The translations under genes were made by a program, and so were the position numbers. From NCBI GenBank assembly GCA_009694085.1, contig SHVW01000004.1, positions 1-56,288 of the forward strand: a stretch of 56,288 nt of DNA, in the 5' to 3' direction. Every line of letters starts with the position of its first letter. Within the stretch, counting starts at the first letter, position 1. This document shows, in pieces, positions 9,720-19,649 of the stretch. This DNA is from Alphaproteobacteria bacterium. Lineage in GTDB: Bacteria; Pseudomonadota; Alphaproteobacteria; SHVW01. The notes beneath the pieces are model-generated. The model saw only the letters and a program-made list of their open reading frames with translations, made no database searches and was not told the DNA's origin.

Positions 9720-10478
9720 TCACGGCAGATAGGCCCCACCGTTGACATGCAAGGTCTGGCCTGTGATATAGCGTGACTCATGCAAGCAGAGGTGGCGCAC
9801 CAGAGCCGCGACCTCTTCCGGCCGGCCTTTACGCGGGATGGGCGGCAACTCGCCGCCGGGGTGTTGGCCGGGTCCGCCGGCCGAGGCGCCGCGCGCGGTC
9901 TCGATCGTGCCGGGCACCACGCAATTGGCGGTGATGCCGCGTTCCGCGTATTCGATGGCAAGCGCCTTGGTCAGGCCGACCAGCCCGGCCTTGGCCGCGA
10001 CCACATGGGCGCGGAGCGCCGCGCCGGTGTGGCCGGTGCGTCCGCCGATATTGACGATAGTACCGCCGCCGGCCCGCAGCATGTGGGGCAATGCGGCTCG
10101 CGCGCATAGAAAGGCGCCGTCCAGCGTAACGCCTGTGATCTCGCGCCACTGGGCCAGCGTCATGGATTCGAACGCTTGGGTTTTGCGGAGCGCAGCGTTG
10201 TTGACCAGGATATCGAGGCGGCCATAGGTGGCGATGGCATCGTCGATCAGCCCTTGGGCGGCACCCTCCACGGTCACGTCGGCCAGATGGACGCGCGCCC
10301 GGCCACCGCTGGCGGCAACATGCGCCACCGTTTCTTCCGCCCCGGCCCGATCCGTCCGGGCGTTGACGACAACCGCCGCGCCGGCTTCGGCCAGCGCCGT
10401 CACGATAGCGCGGCCGATGTTGCGCGCAGCGCCGGTGACGATGGCGACCTTGCCGGCCAGGGGCGTCAGAACAGTCAT
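9720..10478 (-). CDS. SDR family oxidoreductase with atypical active site
   Basis: TGAARNIG, LVNNA, ITGQTLHVNGG; catalytic YxxxK reads VVAAK. Confidence 0.9.
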   Translation of the reverse strand: MTVLTPLAGKVAIVTGAARNIGRAIVTALAEAGAAVVVNARTDRAGAEETVAHVAASGGRARVHLADVTVEGAAQGLIDDAIATYGRLDILVNNAALRKTQAFESMTLAQWREITGVTLDGAFLCARAALPHMLRAGGGTIVNIGGRTGHTGAALRAHVVAAKAGLVGLTKALAIEYAERGITANCVVPGTIETARGASAGGPGQHPGGELPPIPRKGRPEEVAALVRHLCLHESRYITGQTLHVNGGAYLP

Positions 10479-10583
10479 GTCGGAGTCCGCTTCTGCTGTA
10501 GTGTCGGGAAATAGGCCGGTATAGTTTCACCCTACGGCACCGGCGGTCAACGCGCGGGCCGCCGAACGGGGAGCTCCAAGGGC

Positions 10584-11645
10584 ATGGCGGACGTCGAACT
10601 CCAGGGATTGACCAAGCGGTACGGCGACCAGACCGTAGTCAACAGCGTCGATCTCAAAGTCGGGCACGGTCAGCTCGTCTGCCTGCTCGGCCCCTCCGGT
10701 TGCGGCAAGACCACGACGCTGCGACTGATCGCCGGCTTTCTGGAGCCCGATGCCGGCACGATCCGGGTCGGCGACAGGCTGCTGTCCGGCCCCGGCCAGG
10801 CGCTGCCGCCCGAACAGCGCGGCATGTCCATGATCTTTCAGAGCTACGCGCTGTGGCCGCACATGACGATCGCTGACAATGTCGCCTATGGGCTAACGCT
10901 GCGCCGGTTGGACCGCGCGGAAATCGACCGCCGGGTGCAGACGATCTTGGAAGTGACTCAAATGGCCGCCTTCGCTCAGCGCTATCCGGGCGAGTTATCG
11001 GGCGGTCAGCAGCAACGCGTGGCGCTGGCCCGCGCCCTGGTGGTACAGCCGGAAACGCTGCTGCTGGACGAGCCGCTGAGCAATCTCGATGCCAATTTGC
11101 GCGAGGAGATGCGCTTCGAAGTGCGCCGCCTGCACGACCAATACAAGTACACGACCGTCTATGTCACCCACGATCAGGCCGAGGCAATGACGACGGCCGA
11201 TATGATCGTGGTTATGAACAAGGGCCGGATCGAGCAGGCGGGAACACCCGTTCAGATTTTCGAGGAACCGGAAACCGAGTTCGTCGCCCGCTTCCTCGGC
11301 GGCACCAACATCCTGCGCGGCCGTCATGTCGGCGACAATATGGTGCAATCCGGCGCGATTGCCCTCTCCTGCGCGCGGGGCCGTGCGGGTACCGGCGAGG
11401 TCGCCGTGTCGATTCGCCCCCATCGCGTCGAACTGCACACAGCCCAACCCGCCGGCGATGGGCGCAATGTCGCTACTGCGCAAGTGCGCCGCCAAGTCTT
11501 CCTCGGCGTTACCCGCGATTATCTGGTGACGCTGGAGGATGGCACGGAGCTGCGCGCCATTACGACTACGGATGTCGACATTGCCGCGGGCGCTGCGATC
11601 TGGATACGCCTGCCGCCGAATCATTGCCGCGCCTTGGCGTCGTGA
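10584..11645 (+). CDS. ABC transporter ATP-binding protein (FbpC/PotA type, C-terminal TOBE domain)
   Basis: GPSGCGKT, LSGGQQQR, LLDEPLSNLD, YVTHDQAEA. Confidence 0.95.
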   Translation: MADVELQGLTKRYGDQTVVNSVDLKVGHGQLVCLLGPSGCGKTTTLRLIAGFLEPDAGTIRVGDRLLSGPGQALPPEQRGMSMIFQSYALWPHMTIADNVAYGLTLRRLDRAEIDRRVQTILEVTQMAAFAQRYPGELSGGQQQRVALARALVVQPETLLLDEPLSNLDANLREEMRFEVRRLHDQYKYTTVYVTHDQAEAMTTADMIVVMNKGRIEQAGTPVQIFEEPETEFVARFLGGTNILRGRHVGDNMVQSGAIALSCARGRAGTGEVAVSIRPHRVELHTAQPAGDGRNVATAQVRRQVFLGVTRDYLVTLEDGTELRAITTTDVDIAAGAAIWIRLPPNHCRALAS

Positions 11646-11694
11646 GCGATTCGGTCAATAATGGGTTGCGGAATACCCTATAGGGAGGGACACC

Positions 11695-12738
11695 ATGAGA
11701 GCCATTCGCTTGGGCGCGATGGCGCTGGCCATCACCGTGATCGCCAGCACCGCCTTCGCCGCCGCACCGCCGCCGAGCCCGCTGACGCCAGAGCTGATTG
11801 CGGCAGCCCGCAAGGAAGGCACGGTCAATTTCTACACCGCGATGGATTTGCCGCTGGCCGAGGCCTTGGCCAGGACCTTCGAGGCCAAGTATCCCGGGGT
11901 CAAAGTGCAGGTCGAGCGCAACGGCTCGGAGCGCCTGTTCCAGCGCCTCGGCCAGGAGTACCAGGCCAAGTTGCACATCTGCGACGTGGTCAATTCCTCC
12001 GACGCCGCCCATTTCGTGCGCTGGAAGTTGGATGGCTGGCTGGTGCCGTATGAAACGCCGGAGATCGCCACGCAATTCGAGCCGCGCCATCGCGATCCCG
12101 ATGGCTATTTCGCCGCTTGGCGCAACACGCTGAGCGCGATCTATGTCAACACCAAGCTGGTGTCCGAGGCAGACACGCCTAAGAGCTTCAAGGATCTGCT
12201 CGACCCGAAATGGTCGGGCAAGCTGGCCAAGGGCCATCCCAGCTATTCCGGCGTGGTCATGACCGCAACCCACCAGATCATGACCGCGCTCGGCTGGTCC
12301 TATTTCGAAGCGCTGGCCAAGCAAAAGCCGATGCAGCTCCAATCCGCCCTCGACCCGCCGCGCAAGGTTGCCGTCGGCGAGCGCGATGTCGGCGTGGAGG
12401 GCACGGAGTATCTCGCCTTCACCCTGATCGAGAAGGGCAACCCGCTCAAGATCGTCTATCCCACCGAGGGCACACCGATGGTGACCTCGCCCGCCGGCAT
12501 CATGGCGCAGGCGAAGAATCCGAATGCCGCACGCTTGTTCTATCACCACATCCACACGCTGGAGGCCCAACAGCTCCTGGTCGAGCAGGGCGGCCTGCGT
12601 TCCGTGCACAAGCAAATCAAGGAGCGCCAGGGCCGCACACCGCTGAGCGAGATCAAGCTGCTGCCCGAGGATCCCGTGGCGGTCGAGCGCGACACCGAGA
12701 TGGTCAAGCGACGCTACCGGCAGATATTCGGCACGTAG
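11695..12738 (+). CDS. Extracellular solute-binding protein (Fe3+/thiamine/polyamine-like family)
   Basis: Signal peptide, AARKEG.V.FY, FEAKYPG, DLLDPKW.GK, YP.EG, NPNAA; RBS GGAGG upstream. Confidence 0.9.
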   Translation: MRAIRLGAMALAITVIASTAFAAAPPPSPLTPELIAAARKEGTVNFYTAMDLPLAEALARTFEAKYPGVKVQVERNGSERLFQRLGQEYQAKLHICDVVNSSDAAHFVRWKLDGWLVPYETPEIATQFEPRHRDPDGYFAAWRNTLSAIYVNTKLVSEADTPKSFKDLLDPKWSGKLAKGHPSYSGVVMTATHQIMTALGWSYFEALAKQKPMQLQSALDPPRKVAVGERDVGVEGTEYLAFTLIEKGNPLKIVYPTEGTPMVTSPAGIMAQAKNPNAARLFYHHIHTLEAQQLLVEQGGLRSVHKQIKERQGRTPLSEIKLLPEDPVAVERDTEMVKRRYRQIFGT

Positions 12739-14447
12739 TGAACGGAGCGGCGACCCAGGCGTTCGGCGGCCGGCGCTTCGATCCTTCGACGCCGGTCTTC
12801 GCGCTGCTGGCGCTGCTGCTCGCAGCCCTGATCTTCCTGCCCATGGGTTGGCTGGCCGTGTTCAGCCTGACCGACCGGGCGGGCCATCTCACGCTCGACC
12901 ATTTCGCCCAACTCTTGAGCGACGACGACATGGTTCGCCCGCTTGCGGTGACCATGATTGTGGCCACCAGCGTCGCCCTGCTGTGCACGCTGGTGGCCGC
13001 CCCCATGGCGTGGTTGATCGCGCGCACGGACATGCCATTGGCGCGGCCGGTGCGCCTGCTGGTCATGGCGTCTTTCGTCACCCCACCCTTCCTGGGCGCG
13101 GTCGCCTGGGAAATTTTGGCGGCACCCAATAGCGGGCTGATCAATCAACTCTACCGACTTGCCTTCGATCTCGGCCGGGAATCCAGATTGGTCGATATCT
13201 ACACGCTGCTCGGCTTGATCCTGGCGATCGCCAACTATACGTTTCCCTACGTCTTCATCCTGGTGGCCAACGGCCTCGACCGCATCCCCGCCGATATGGA
13301 GGATGCGTCCTCGATCCTGGGCGCCTCGCGCTGGCGCACGGCGGCGCGCATCACCATCCCGCTCGTGCTGCCGGCGATCCTGGCGGGCACGCTGATCGCC
13401 TTCCTCCAGGCCATGAACAATTTCGGCTCACCCGCGATCATTGCGCTGCCCGCCGGCTTTCACACCATGACGACCAAGATCTGGAGCATGTTCCAGTATC
13501 CGCCCCAGCCCGGCCTCGCCGCCGCCGCCGCCGTGCCGCTCTTGGTGATCACGATTATGTTGTTGCGGACCCAGCACGCCATGCTGGGGCGACGCGGCTA
13601 TGCGGTGGTCGGCGGCAAGGGCGGGCAGAGTCGGCTCGTCCGCCTGGGCTGGCTGCGTTGGCCGGCACTGGGTTTCTGCATGCTGGTGGTCGGCGGCGCC
13701 GTCATCCTGCCCTATGCCGCCCTGGTGCTGACCGCATTCGCCAAGACGCTCACCATCACTTGGTCGCCGGCGGGCTTCGGCCTCGACAATTTCCGCTTCG
13801 TCTTTTTCGAGTTCTCCAGCACGCCGCTGGCGCTCAAGAATACCTTCATGCTCGGCTTCGCAGCCGCCACCGTGGGCACCGTAGTGACGCTCGTGATCGC
13901 CTATGTCGTGTCGCGCCGCGCCGTGCCGGGCCACGGGTTGCTGGGATTCCTAGCGACCGCGCCGATCGCCATTCCTGGCATCGTGTTCGGCGTCGGCCTG
14001 TTCTTCGCCTATACCCACCCGCCCCTGGTGATCTACGGCACGCTCGCCATCATGTTCATTGCCTTCCTGACGACCGAACTGCCCATCGGTTTCCAGCAAT
14101 TTCAGGCTGCCTTCCGCGGCATCCATATCGAGTTGGAAGAGGCTAGCCGAATCTTGGGCGCCTCCCGATTGCGCGCGCTGAAAGACGTGATCGCACCCTT
14201 GATCGTCACGGCGGTCGTGTCGACCTGGTGCTTCATCTTCATCGCCGCCATTCGCGAATTGTCGGCTGCCGTCCTGCTCTATACGGCGAACACCAAGGTG
14301 CTTTCCGTTGTCATCTACGATCTGAACGAGAACGGCGAACTCGGCTCGATCGCCGTTCTTGGCCTGCTGTTGTTGGTCGTGACCTTTGCCATCATCGCGC
14401 TTGCCTACCGGCTGCCGCGCGCCCAGTCCATACCGACATCGGCCTGA
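12738..14447 (+). CDS. Fused double-domain ABC permease (FbpB type)
   Basis: Probable GTG start at 12738 overlapping the upstream TAG; two EAA loops (EDASSILGAS, EEASRILGAS); about 569 aa, hydrophobic. Confidence 0.9.
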   Translation: MNGAATQAFGGRRFDPSTPVFALLALLLAALIFLPMGWLAVFSLTDRAGHLTLDHFAQLLSDDDMVRPLAVTMIVATSVALLCTLVAAPMAWLIARTDMPLARPVRLLVMASFVTPPFLGAVAWEILAAPNSGLINQLYRLAFDLGRESRLVDIYTLLGLILAIANYTFPYVFILVANGLDRIPADMEDASSILGASRWRTAARITIPLVLPAILAGTLIAFLQAMNNFGSPAIIALPAGFHTMTTKIWSMFQYPPQPGLAAAAAVPLLVITIMLLRTQHAMLGRRGYAVVGGKGGQSRLVRLGWLRWPALGFCMLVVGGAVILPYAALVLTAFAKTLTITWSPAGFGLDNFRFVFFEFSSTPLALKNTFMLGFAAATVGTVVTLVIAYVVSRRAVPGHGLLGFLATAPIAIPGIVFGVGLFFAYTHPPLVIYGTLAIMFIAFLTTELPIGFQQFQAAFRGIHIELEEASRILGASRLRALKDVIAPLIVTAVVSTWCFIFIAAIRELSAAVLLYTANTKVLSVVIYDLNENGELGSIAVLGLLLLVVTFAIIALAYRLPRAQSIPTSA

Positions 14448-14474
14448 TCCGGCCGCGCCAACCAGGAGATCGGA

Positions 14475-15191
14475 ATGCTGTCGCCCCAGGGTCGCGTGAT
14501 CATGATTTCCGGTGCCAATCGCGGCATTGGGTTGGGGCTGGCGCGCTGCCTCCACACCAAAGGCTATACGCTAAGCCTGGGCGCGCGTAGTCTCGCCGCG
14601 CTCGACACGGCCGTCACCACGCTGGCGGGCGAACGTGTCTTGACCCATGCGCTCGATGTCGCCGACAAGGCCTCGGCCGCCGCCTGGGTTGCGGCCACGG
14701 CTAAGCGCTTCGGACACATCGATGGATTGATCAACAATGCCGGTATTTCGCGCCAGACCAAGATCATGGACGATGACGAGGCCGAGCTGGACGAGATGTG
14801 GCTGGTCAACGTCAAGGGACCGTTGCGCCTGACCCGCTTCGCCATGCCTCACCTGAAGGCGAGCGGCTCGGGGCGGATCGTCAATATTGCCTCGATGTCG
14901 GGCAAGCGGGTCAAGAACGACCATGTCGGCTATTCCATCAGCAAATTCGCCGTGGTCGCCTTGACCCATGCGACGCGCCGGCTCGGCTGGGAGGACGGCG
15001 TGCGCGCGACCGTGGTGTGCCCCAGCTTCGTCGCCACCGACATGACGGTTTATGCCACGGACAGGGTAGCCGCGCACAATATGACCCAGCCCGGCGATTT
15101 GGCCGAGCTGGTAGCTGCCGTGATCGCGCTCCCCAACAATGCCGCCGTGGCCGAGCTGCTGGTCAATTGCCGGCTGGAAGACATGCTGTGA
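14475..15191 (+). CDS. SDR oxidoreductase resembling the reductase domain of agropine synthesis reductase Mas1
   Basis: SGANRGIG, LSLGAR, NNAG, SGRIVNIASMSG.RV, YSISK, LGW.DG, FVATDM, QP.D; resemblance to Mas1 is from recall only. Confidence 0.85.
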   Translation: MLSPQGRVIMISGANRGIGLGLARCLHTKGYTLSLGARSLAALDTAVTTLAGERVLTHALDVADKASAAAWVAATAKRFGHIDGLINNAGISRQTKIMDDDEAELDEMWLVNVKGPLRLTRFAMPHLKASGSGRIVNIASMSGKRVKNDHVGYSISKFAVVALTHATRRLGWEDGVRATVVCPSFVATDMTVYATDRVAAHNMTQPGDLAELVAAVIALPNNAAVAELLVNCRLEDML

Positions 15192-15487
15192 GCGGGCAGT
15201 TCCAGCGGCTCGCTGAAACCAATCGGCCGCGCTTGGCGATCACCATCGACGGCGAGCCGGCGGAGGCATTGGCCGGCGATACCGTGCTGACCGCATTGCT
15301 CGCTCATACCCGGCGCGTGCGCATAGCGGAGTTCGGCGGCGAGCCGCGCGCCGGTTTCTGCCTGATGGGCGCCTGCCAGGATTGCTGGGTCGGGCTGGCC
15401 GATGGACGGCGCCTGCGCGCCTGCACCAGCTTCGCGGAGGCCGGCATGGCGCTGGAAACCACGGGCATGACGCTCCGTGGCCGCTGA
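15188..15487 (+). CDS. Small [2Fe-2S] subunit of an opine oxidase/HcnA-like complex
   Basis: GTG start at 15188 overlapping the upstream TGA; GDTVLTAL, RAGFCLMGACQDC...LRAC. Confidence 0.9.
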   Translation: MSGQFQRLAETNRPRLAITIDGEPAEALAGDTVLTALLAHTRRVRIAEFGGEPRAGFCLMGACQDCWVGLADGRRLRACTSFAEAGMALETTGMTLRGR

Positions 15488-16850
15488 GCCGCCCGTCATT
15501 GTCGGCACCGGGCCGGCGGGCACGCGGGCGGCCGAAACGCTGGTCCGCGCGGGACTCCGGCCCATCGTGATCGACGAGGCCCCGGCCAGCGGCGGACAGA
15601 TCTATCGCCGCCAACCCCCGGGCTTCACGCGCGCCGACACCGAAGTTTATGGCTTCGAGGCCGACAAAGCCACCCGCCTCCATCGCGCTTTCGATGGGTT
15701 GGCCGACCGCATCGACTATCGGCCGAACACTTTAGTCTGGAGCATCCGGCCCGACCGCATGCATCTGCTCCGGGGTGGACGCGTTAACGAGCTGGCCTTC
15801 AGCCATGCCATCTTCGCCACCGGCGCCATGGACCGCGTCATTCCGTTCCCCAGCTGGACTCTGCCTGGCGTGTTCACGCTCGGCGGCGCCCAGGTCGCGC
15901 TCAAATATCAGGGCTGCGCCATCGGCCGCCGCGTCGTCTTTCTCGGCACGGGGCCTCTGCTCTATCTCGTGGCCTACCAGTACGCGCGTGCCGGCGCGCG
16001 TGTTGTCGCCGTGCTCGACACCGCACCGTTTGCCGGCAAGCTGGCGGCGCTTCCAGCGCTGCTCGCCCGGCCCGGGATGGCCGCCAAGGGCATGTTCTAT
16101 CTGGGCTGGTTGCGGAGTCGCGGCGTGACCGTGGCATCGGGCATCCGGCCCGTGGGCGTCGAAGGCACGGACGCCGTCGCCGGCCTGGTCTGGCGCGACG
16201 ATGCCGGGCGGGAGCATCGCACCGATTGCGATGCCATCGCGCTCGGCTTCGGGTTGAAAGCGGAGACCCAGTTGGCCGACTTGGCCGAAGTCCCTTTCAC
16301 TTGGGATAATCTGCAACGACAATGGCTGCCCGAACGGGACGGTTGGGGCCGCACCCCGGTGGGCGGAATTTATCTAGCCGGCGACGGTGCCGGCATCCTG
16401 GGCGCGGACGCGGCGGAATTGACGGGCGAGCGAGCCGCTCTGGCCTTGTTGCAAGATCGCGGCCCCGGCGATCACGGCCAGCGCGTCGCAGCGATAAATG
16501 CGGAATTGGATCGCCATAGGCGTTTCCGCGCCGGGCTGGAGGCTGCTTTCCCCTTCCCTGACGACCTCGCCCGCTCGACCGCCGACGACACCATCCTGTG
16601 CCGCTGCGAGGGTGTGAGCGCCGGCGAGCTACGCCGAGCCGCCAGCGAATTGGGCGCCGGCGAGGTCAACCGGGCCAAGGCGTTCAGCCGGGTCGGCATG
16701 GGCCGCTGCCAGGGCCGCGTCTGCGGCCCAGCCGCCGCCGAAATCCTGGCCGCTGCGCTGGGCGTGCCGATTGAGCAGGCCGGCCGGCTGCGCGGACAGG
16801 CTCCGGTCAAGCCGTTGCCCATGGCCGCAGTGTTGGACACCACACAATGA
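15477..16850 (+). CDS. FAD/NAD(P)-binding subunit with BFD-like [2Fe-2S] C-terminus (OoxA/HcnB-like)
   Basis: GTGPAG, GGQIYR, ATGA.DR, W.LPGV, CRCE, R.GMGRCQGR.C, P.KP.P. Confidence 0.92.
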   Translation: MAAEPPVIVGTGPAGTRAAETLVRAGLRPIVIDEAPASGGQIYRRQPPGFTRADTEVYGFEADKATRLHRAFDGLADRIDYRPNTLVWSIRPDRMHLLRGGRVNELAFSHAIFATGAMDRVIPFPSWTLPGVFTLGGAQVALKYQGCAIGRRVVFLGTGPLLYLVAYQYARAGARVVAVLDTAPFAGKLAALPALLARPGMAAKGMFYLGWLRSRGVTVASGIRPVGVEGTDAVAGLVWRDDAGREHRTDCDAIALGFGLKAETQLADLAEVPFTWDNLQRQWLPERDGWGRTPVGGIYLAGDGAGILGADAAELTGERAALALLQDRGPGDHGQRVAAINAELDRHRRFRAGLEAAFPFPDDLARSTADDTILCRCEGVSAGELRRAASELGAGEVNRAKAFSRVGMGRCQGRVCGPAAAEILAAALGVPIEQAGRLRGQAPVKPLPMAAVLDTTQ

Positions 16851-17971
16851 CCACACTGAAAGCCGATGTCGCCATCATCGGCGGCGGTCTGGCCGGCTGC
16901 TCGACCGCGCTTCATCTGCGCCAACGCGGCGCGGCCGTCGTATTGCTGGAACGCGCGCTGTGCGGCAGCCAGGCCAGCGGTGTCAACTATGGCGGCGTGC
17001 GCCAGCAGGGCCGCACGCTGGTGGAGCTGCCGCTGGCCCGACGCTCGCGCGCGCTGTGGGGCCGCATGGCCGAGATCGTCGGCACGGATTGCGAGTTCAT
17101 GGTGTCAGGCCATCTCAAGCTCGCCCGCTCCGAGGCCGACATGGCGGAGTTGGAGGCCTATGCGACCCAAGCCGCGGATTGGGGCCTCGACCTCCAGCTC
17201 ATGGGCCGCAACGCCATCCGCGACCGCTATCCCTGGGCGGGCGAAATGGTGATCGGTGGCTCGCTCTGCGCCGACGACGGCCAGGCCAATCCGCGCCTGG
17301 TGGCGCCCGCCTTCGCGCGCCGTGCCCGCGCGCTCGGCGCCGACATTCGCGAACACGCTCACGTCACGCATGTGGAAAAGGGCAGCGACGGCTTCCGCCT
17401 GACCACCGCCGGCGGGTTGGAGGTGAGTGCGCCGGTCCTAATCAACGTCGCCGGCGCCTGGGGGCACGAGATCGCGGCGCGGTTCGGCGAGAACGTGCCG
17501 GAGGAGGCGATCTCGCCCAACATGTGCGTGACCGAGCCTGTGCCCTATTTCCTCGAACCCAATCTGGGCGTGGTCGGCGGCGATCTCTATATGCGCCAGA
17601 TTCCGCGCGGCAATATCATCTTCGGCGGCGGGCGCGGCGTCAGCGATGCCGCCGCCCAGCGCGCCCGACCGGAGCCCGATAGCGCGCTCACCTCGTTCCA
17701 ACGCGCCATCGAGGTGGCGCCGGCGCTGCGCCATGTCCAGATCATCCGCAACTGGACCGGCATCGAGGGCAACATGCCGGACGAGCTGCCGATCATCGAC
17801 ATCAGCCGCACCACGCCCGGCCTGGTCCACGCCTTCGGCTTCTCCGGCCACGGCTTCCAGCTCGGCCCCGCCGTGGGCGCGGTGGTGGCGGAACTGGCGC
17901 TCGACGGCCGGACGGCGACGGCGATCGAGCCGTTTGGGATTGGGAGATTTGCACAGGCTCCACCCGCCTGA
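16847..17971 (+). CDS. FAD-dependent D-amino-acid-oxidase-family subunit (OoxB/HcnC-like)
   Basis: GGGLAG, ASGVNYGGVR, DGQANP, GFSGHGFQLGP. Confidence 0.92.
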   Translation: MTTLKADVAIIGGGLAGCSTALHLRQRGAAVVLLERALCGSQASGVNYGGVRQQGRTLVELPLARRSRALWGRMAEIVGTDCEFMVSGHLKLARSEADMAELEAYATQAADWGLDLQLMGRNAIRDRYPWAGEMVIGGSLCADDGQANPRLVAPAFARRARALGADIREHAHVTHVEKGSDGFRLTTAGGLEVSAPVLINVAGAWGHEIAARFGENVPEEAISPNMCVTEPVPYFLEPNLGVVGGDLYMRQIPRGNIIFGGGRGVSDAAAQRARPEPDSALTSFQRAIEVAPALRHVQIIRNWTGIEGNMPDELPIIDISRTTPGLVHAFGFSGHGFQLGPAVGAVVAELALDGRTATAIEPFGIGRFAQAPPA

Positions 17972-17981
17972 ACCTTTCCCC

Positions 17982-18010
17982 TTGCACCGCCCGGCCGGCC
18001 CAGGAACAAT
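17982..18010 (+). promoter_or_regulatory. Putative sigma70-type promoter for the SBP gene
   Basis: TTGCAC (17982-17987), 17-nt spacer, AACAAT (18005-18010); GGAGG RBS before ATG 18048. Confidence 0.4.
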
Positions 18011-18047
18011 GCCGGCCAAGATCAAGAACCAACGGAGGCTCACCCAC

Positions 18048-19592
18048 ATGTATCGCACGCTCATCGGCACGCTCGCGCTCGGCGCCGCGCTCGCCGTCCA
18101 ACCCGCGCTCGCCCAGAAGACCACGCTCAATGTCGGCATGGCCTCGGCGGATGCCGGCAAGCTCGATCCGCATTTGTCGGCGACCACGCCTGATAAGGCA
18201 CTGTTCAACTATATGTTCAACGGCCTCGTGCGCTTCAAACCGGGCAGCATGAACCCCGAGACCATCGAGCCCGATATCGCGGAGAAATGGTCGTCCAGCG
18301 AGGACGCCAAGACCTGGACGTTCAACATCCGGCGCGGCGTGCAGTGCCATCATGGCTATGGCGAGATCACGTCCGCCGACATCGTCTACTCGCTCCAGCG
18401 CGCGGCCGATCCCAAGCGCTCCGGCTTCTCCTCCGACTTTAAGGATTTCGACAAGGTCGAGGCGGTCGACGCCAACACCATACGCGTTACGCTGAAAAGC
18501 GCGGTACCCAGCCTGCTCGGCCTGCTGACCAATTATCACGGCGGCAACATCGTGTGCAAAAAGGCCGCGGAGGAGATGGGCGAGAATTTCCAGAAGAAAC
18601 CCGTTGGCACCGGCCCCTTCATGTTCTCGGAATACGCGCCGAAGCAGTCGGTGACGCTGGTTGCCCACAAGGGTTATTTCCGCGGCGCGCCGAAACTGGA
18701 GAAGGTGGTCTATCGCTACATCCCGTCGGACGCCAGCCGCGACCTCGCCTACACCTCCGGCGAGATCGACCTGCTCTACGGCAAGGGCGAGCAGACCTGG
18801 GTCGAGCGCATGGGCAAGCTGCCGAACACCGTGGTCGAGGTGTTCGAGCCGGCCGAGATGGCCGTGCTCTACCTCAACACCAAGATGAAGCCGCTCGACG
18901 ATTTGCGCGTGCGCCAGGCACTCGGCCACGCGCTCAATATCGCCGAGATCGTCACCTTCAAGGGCGCCGCGGTGGCGCGCCCAGCCAAGTCGATCGTGCC
19001 GATCGGCTATCTCGGCTTCACCGACGATGTGCCGCTGCTGAAATACGACCCCGCCAAAGCCAAGGCCTTGCTGACCGAAGCCGGATACCCCAACGGGCTG
19101 ACGATCAAAATCATCCACACCAGCCTGCCCGGCATGCTGTCGACCATCGAGGTCGTTCAGCAACAATTCCGCAAGAGCGGCATCATCCTGGATATGGAGA
19201 TCGTCGAACACGCTACATTCCATGCCGAAATCCGCAAGGACAAGAGTGCCATCGTGCAGTACCAGGCGGCGCGCTTCCCGATCGCGGATACCTACCTGAC
19301 TCAGTTCTTCCATTCCTCGGCCATCGTCGGCACGCCGACGGCGGTGACCAATTTCACCCATTGCAACGACGCCGACGCCGAAATCGTGGCCGCGCGCAGC
19401 GAACCCGATCAGGCCAAGCAGAAGGCGCTGTGGAAAACTGCACAGCAGAAGCTGATGACGAAAGTATGTGCGTTGCCGATCTACGAAAACCTGCTGGTCT
19501 GGGCGCGGCGCGGCAATTTCGACTTCGGCTTCAAGTTGGAGGGCTCGCTCAATCTCGGCCCCGTGGTCAGCGAACTCGCCCATTTCAAATAG
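18048..19592 (+). CDS. ABC transporter substrate-binding protein, family 5 (Dpp/Opp-like)
   Basis: Start moved to ATG 18048 (RBS GGAGG); signal peptide ending ALA-Q, LDPH, PDIAEKW, PVGTGPF, RVRQAL. Confidence 0.93.
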   Translation: MYRTLIGTLALGAALAVQPALAQKTTLNVGMASADAGKLDPHLSATTPDKALFNYMFNGLVRFKPGSMNPETIEPDIAEKWSSSEDAKTWTFNIRRGVQCHHGYGEITSADIVYSLQRAADPKRSGFSSDFKDFDKVEAVDANTIRVTLKSAVPSLLGLLTNYHGGNIVCKKAAEEMGENFQKKPVGTGPFMFSEYAPKQSVTLVAHKGYFRGAPKLEKVVYRYIPSDASRDLAYTSGEIDLLYGKGEQTWVERMGKLPNTVVEVFEPAEMAVLYLNTKMKPLDDLRVRQALGHALNIAEIVTFKGAAVARPAKSIVPIGYLGFTDDVPLLKYDPAKAKALLTEAGYPNGLTIKIIHTSLPGMLSTIEVVQQQFRKSGIILDMEIVEHATFHAEIRKDKSAIVQYQAARFPIADTYLTQFFHSSAIVGTPTAVTNFTHCNDADAEIVAARSEPDQAKQKALWKTAQQKLMTKVCALPIYENLLVWARRGNFDFGFKLEGSLNLGPVVSELAHFK

Positions 19593-19601
19593 GATGACGG
19601 T

Positions 19602-19638
19602 CCGGCCGGTTCCGCCGCACGCCGACGGAACCGGCCGG
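19602..19638 (+). terminator. Intercistronic GC-rich stem-loop (mRNA stabiliser or partial terminator)
   Basis: Perfect 13-bp inverted repeat CCGGCCGGTTCCG-N11-CGGAACCGGCCGG between SBP and permease; no U-tract. Confidence 0.6.
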
Positions 19639-19649
19639 GAAACCGCCGC

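Noticed and set aside
15188-17971. Calling the trio hcnABC (cyanide synthase)
   Set aside because: The architecture is shared with opine and D-hydroxyproline dehydrogenases, and the importer-rich context favours catabolism; no symbol assigned.
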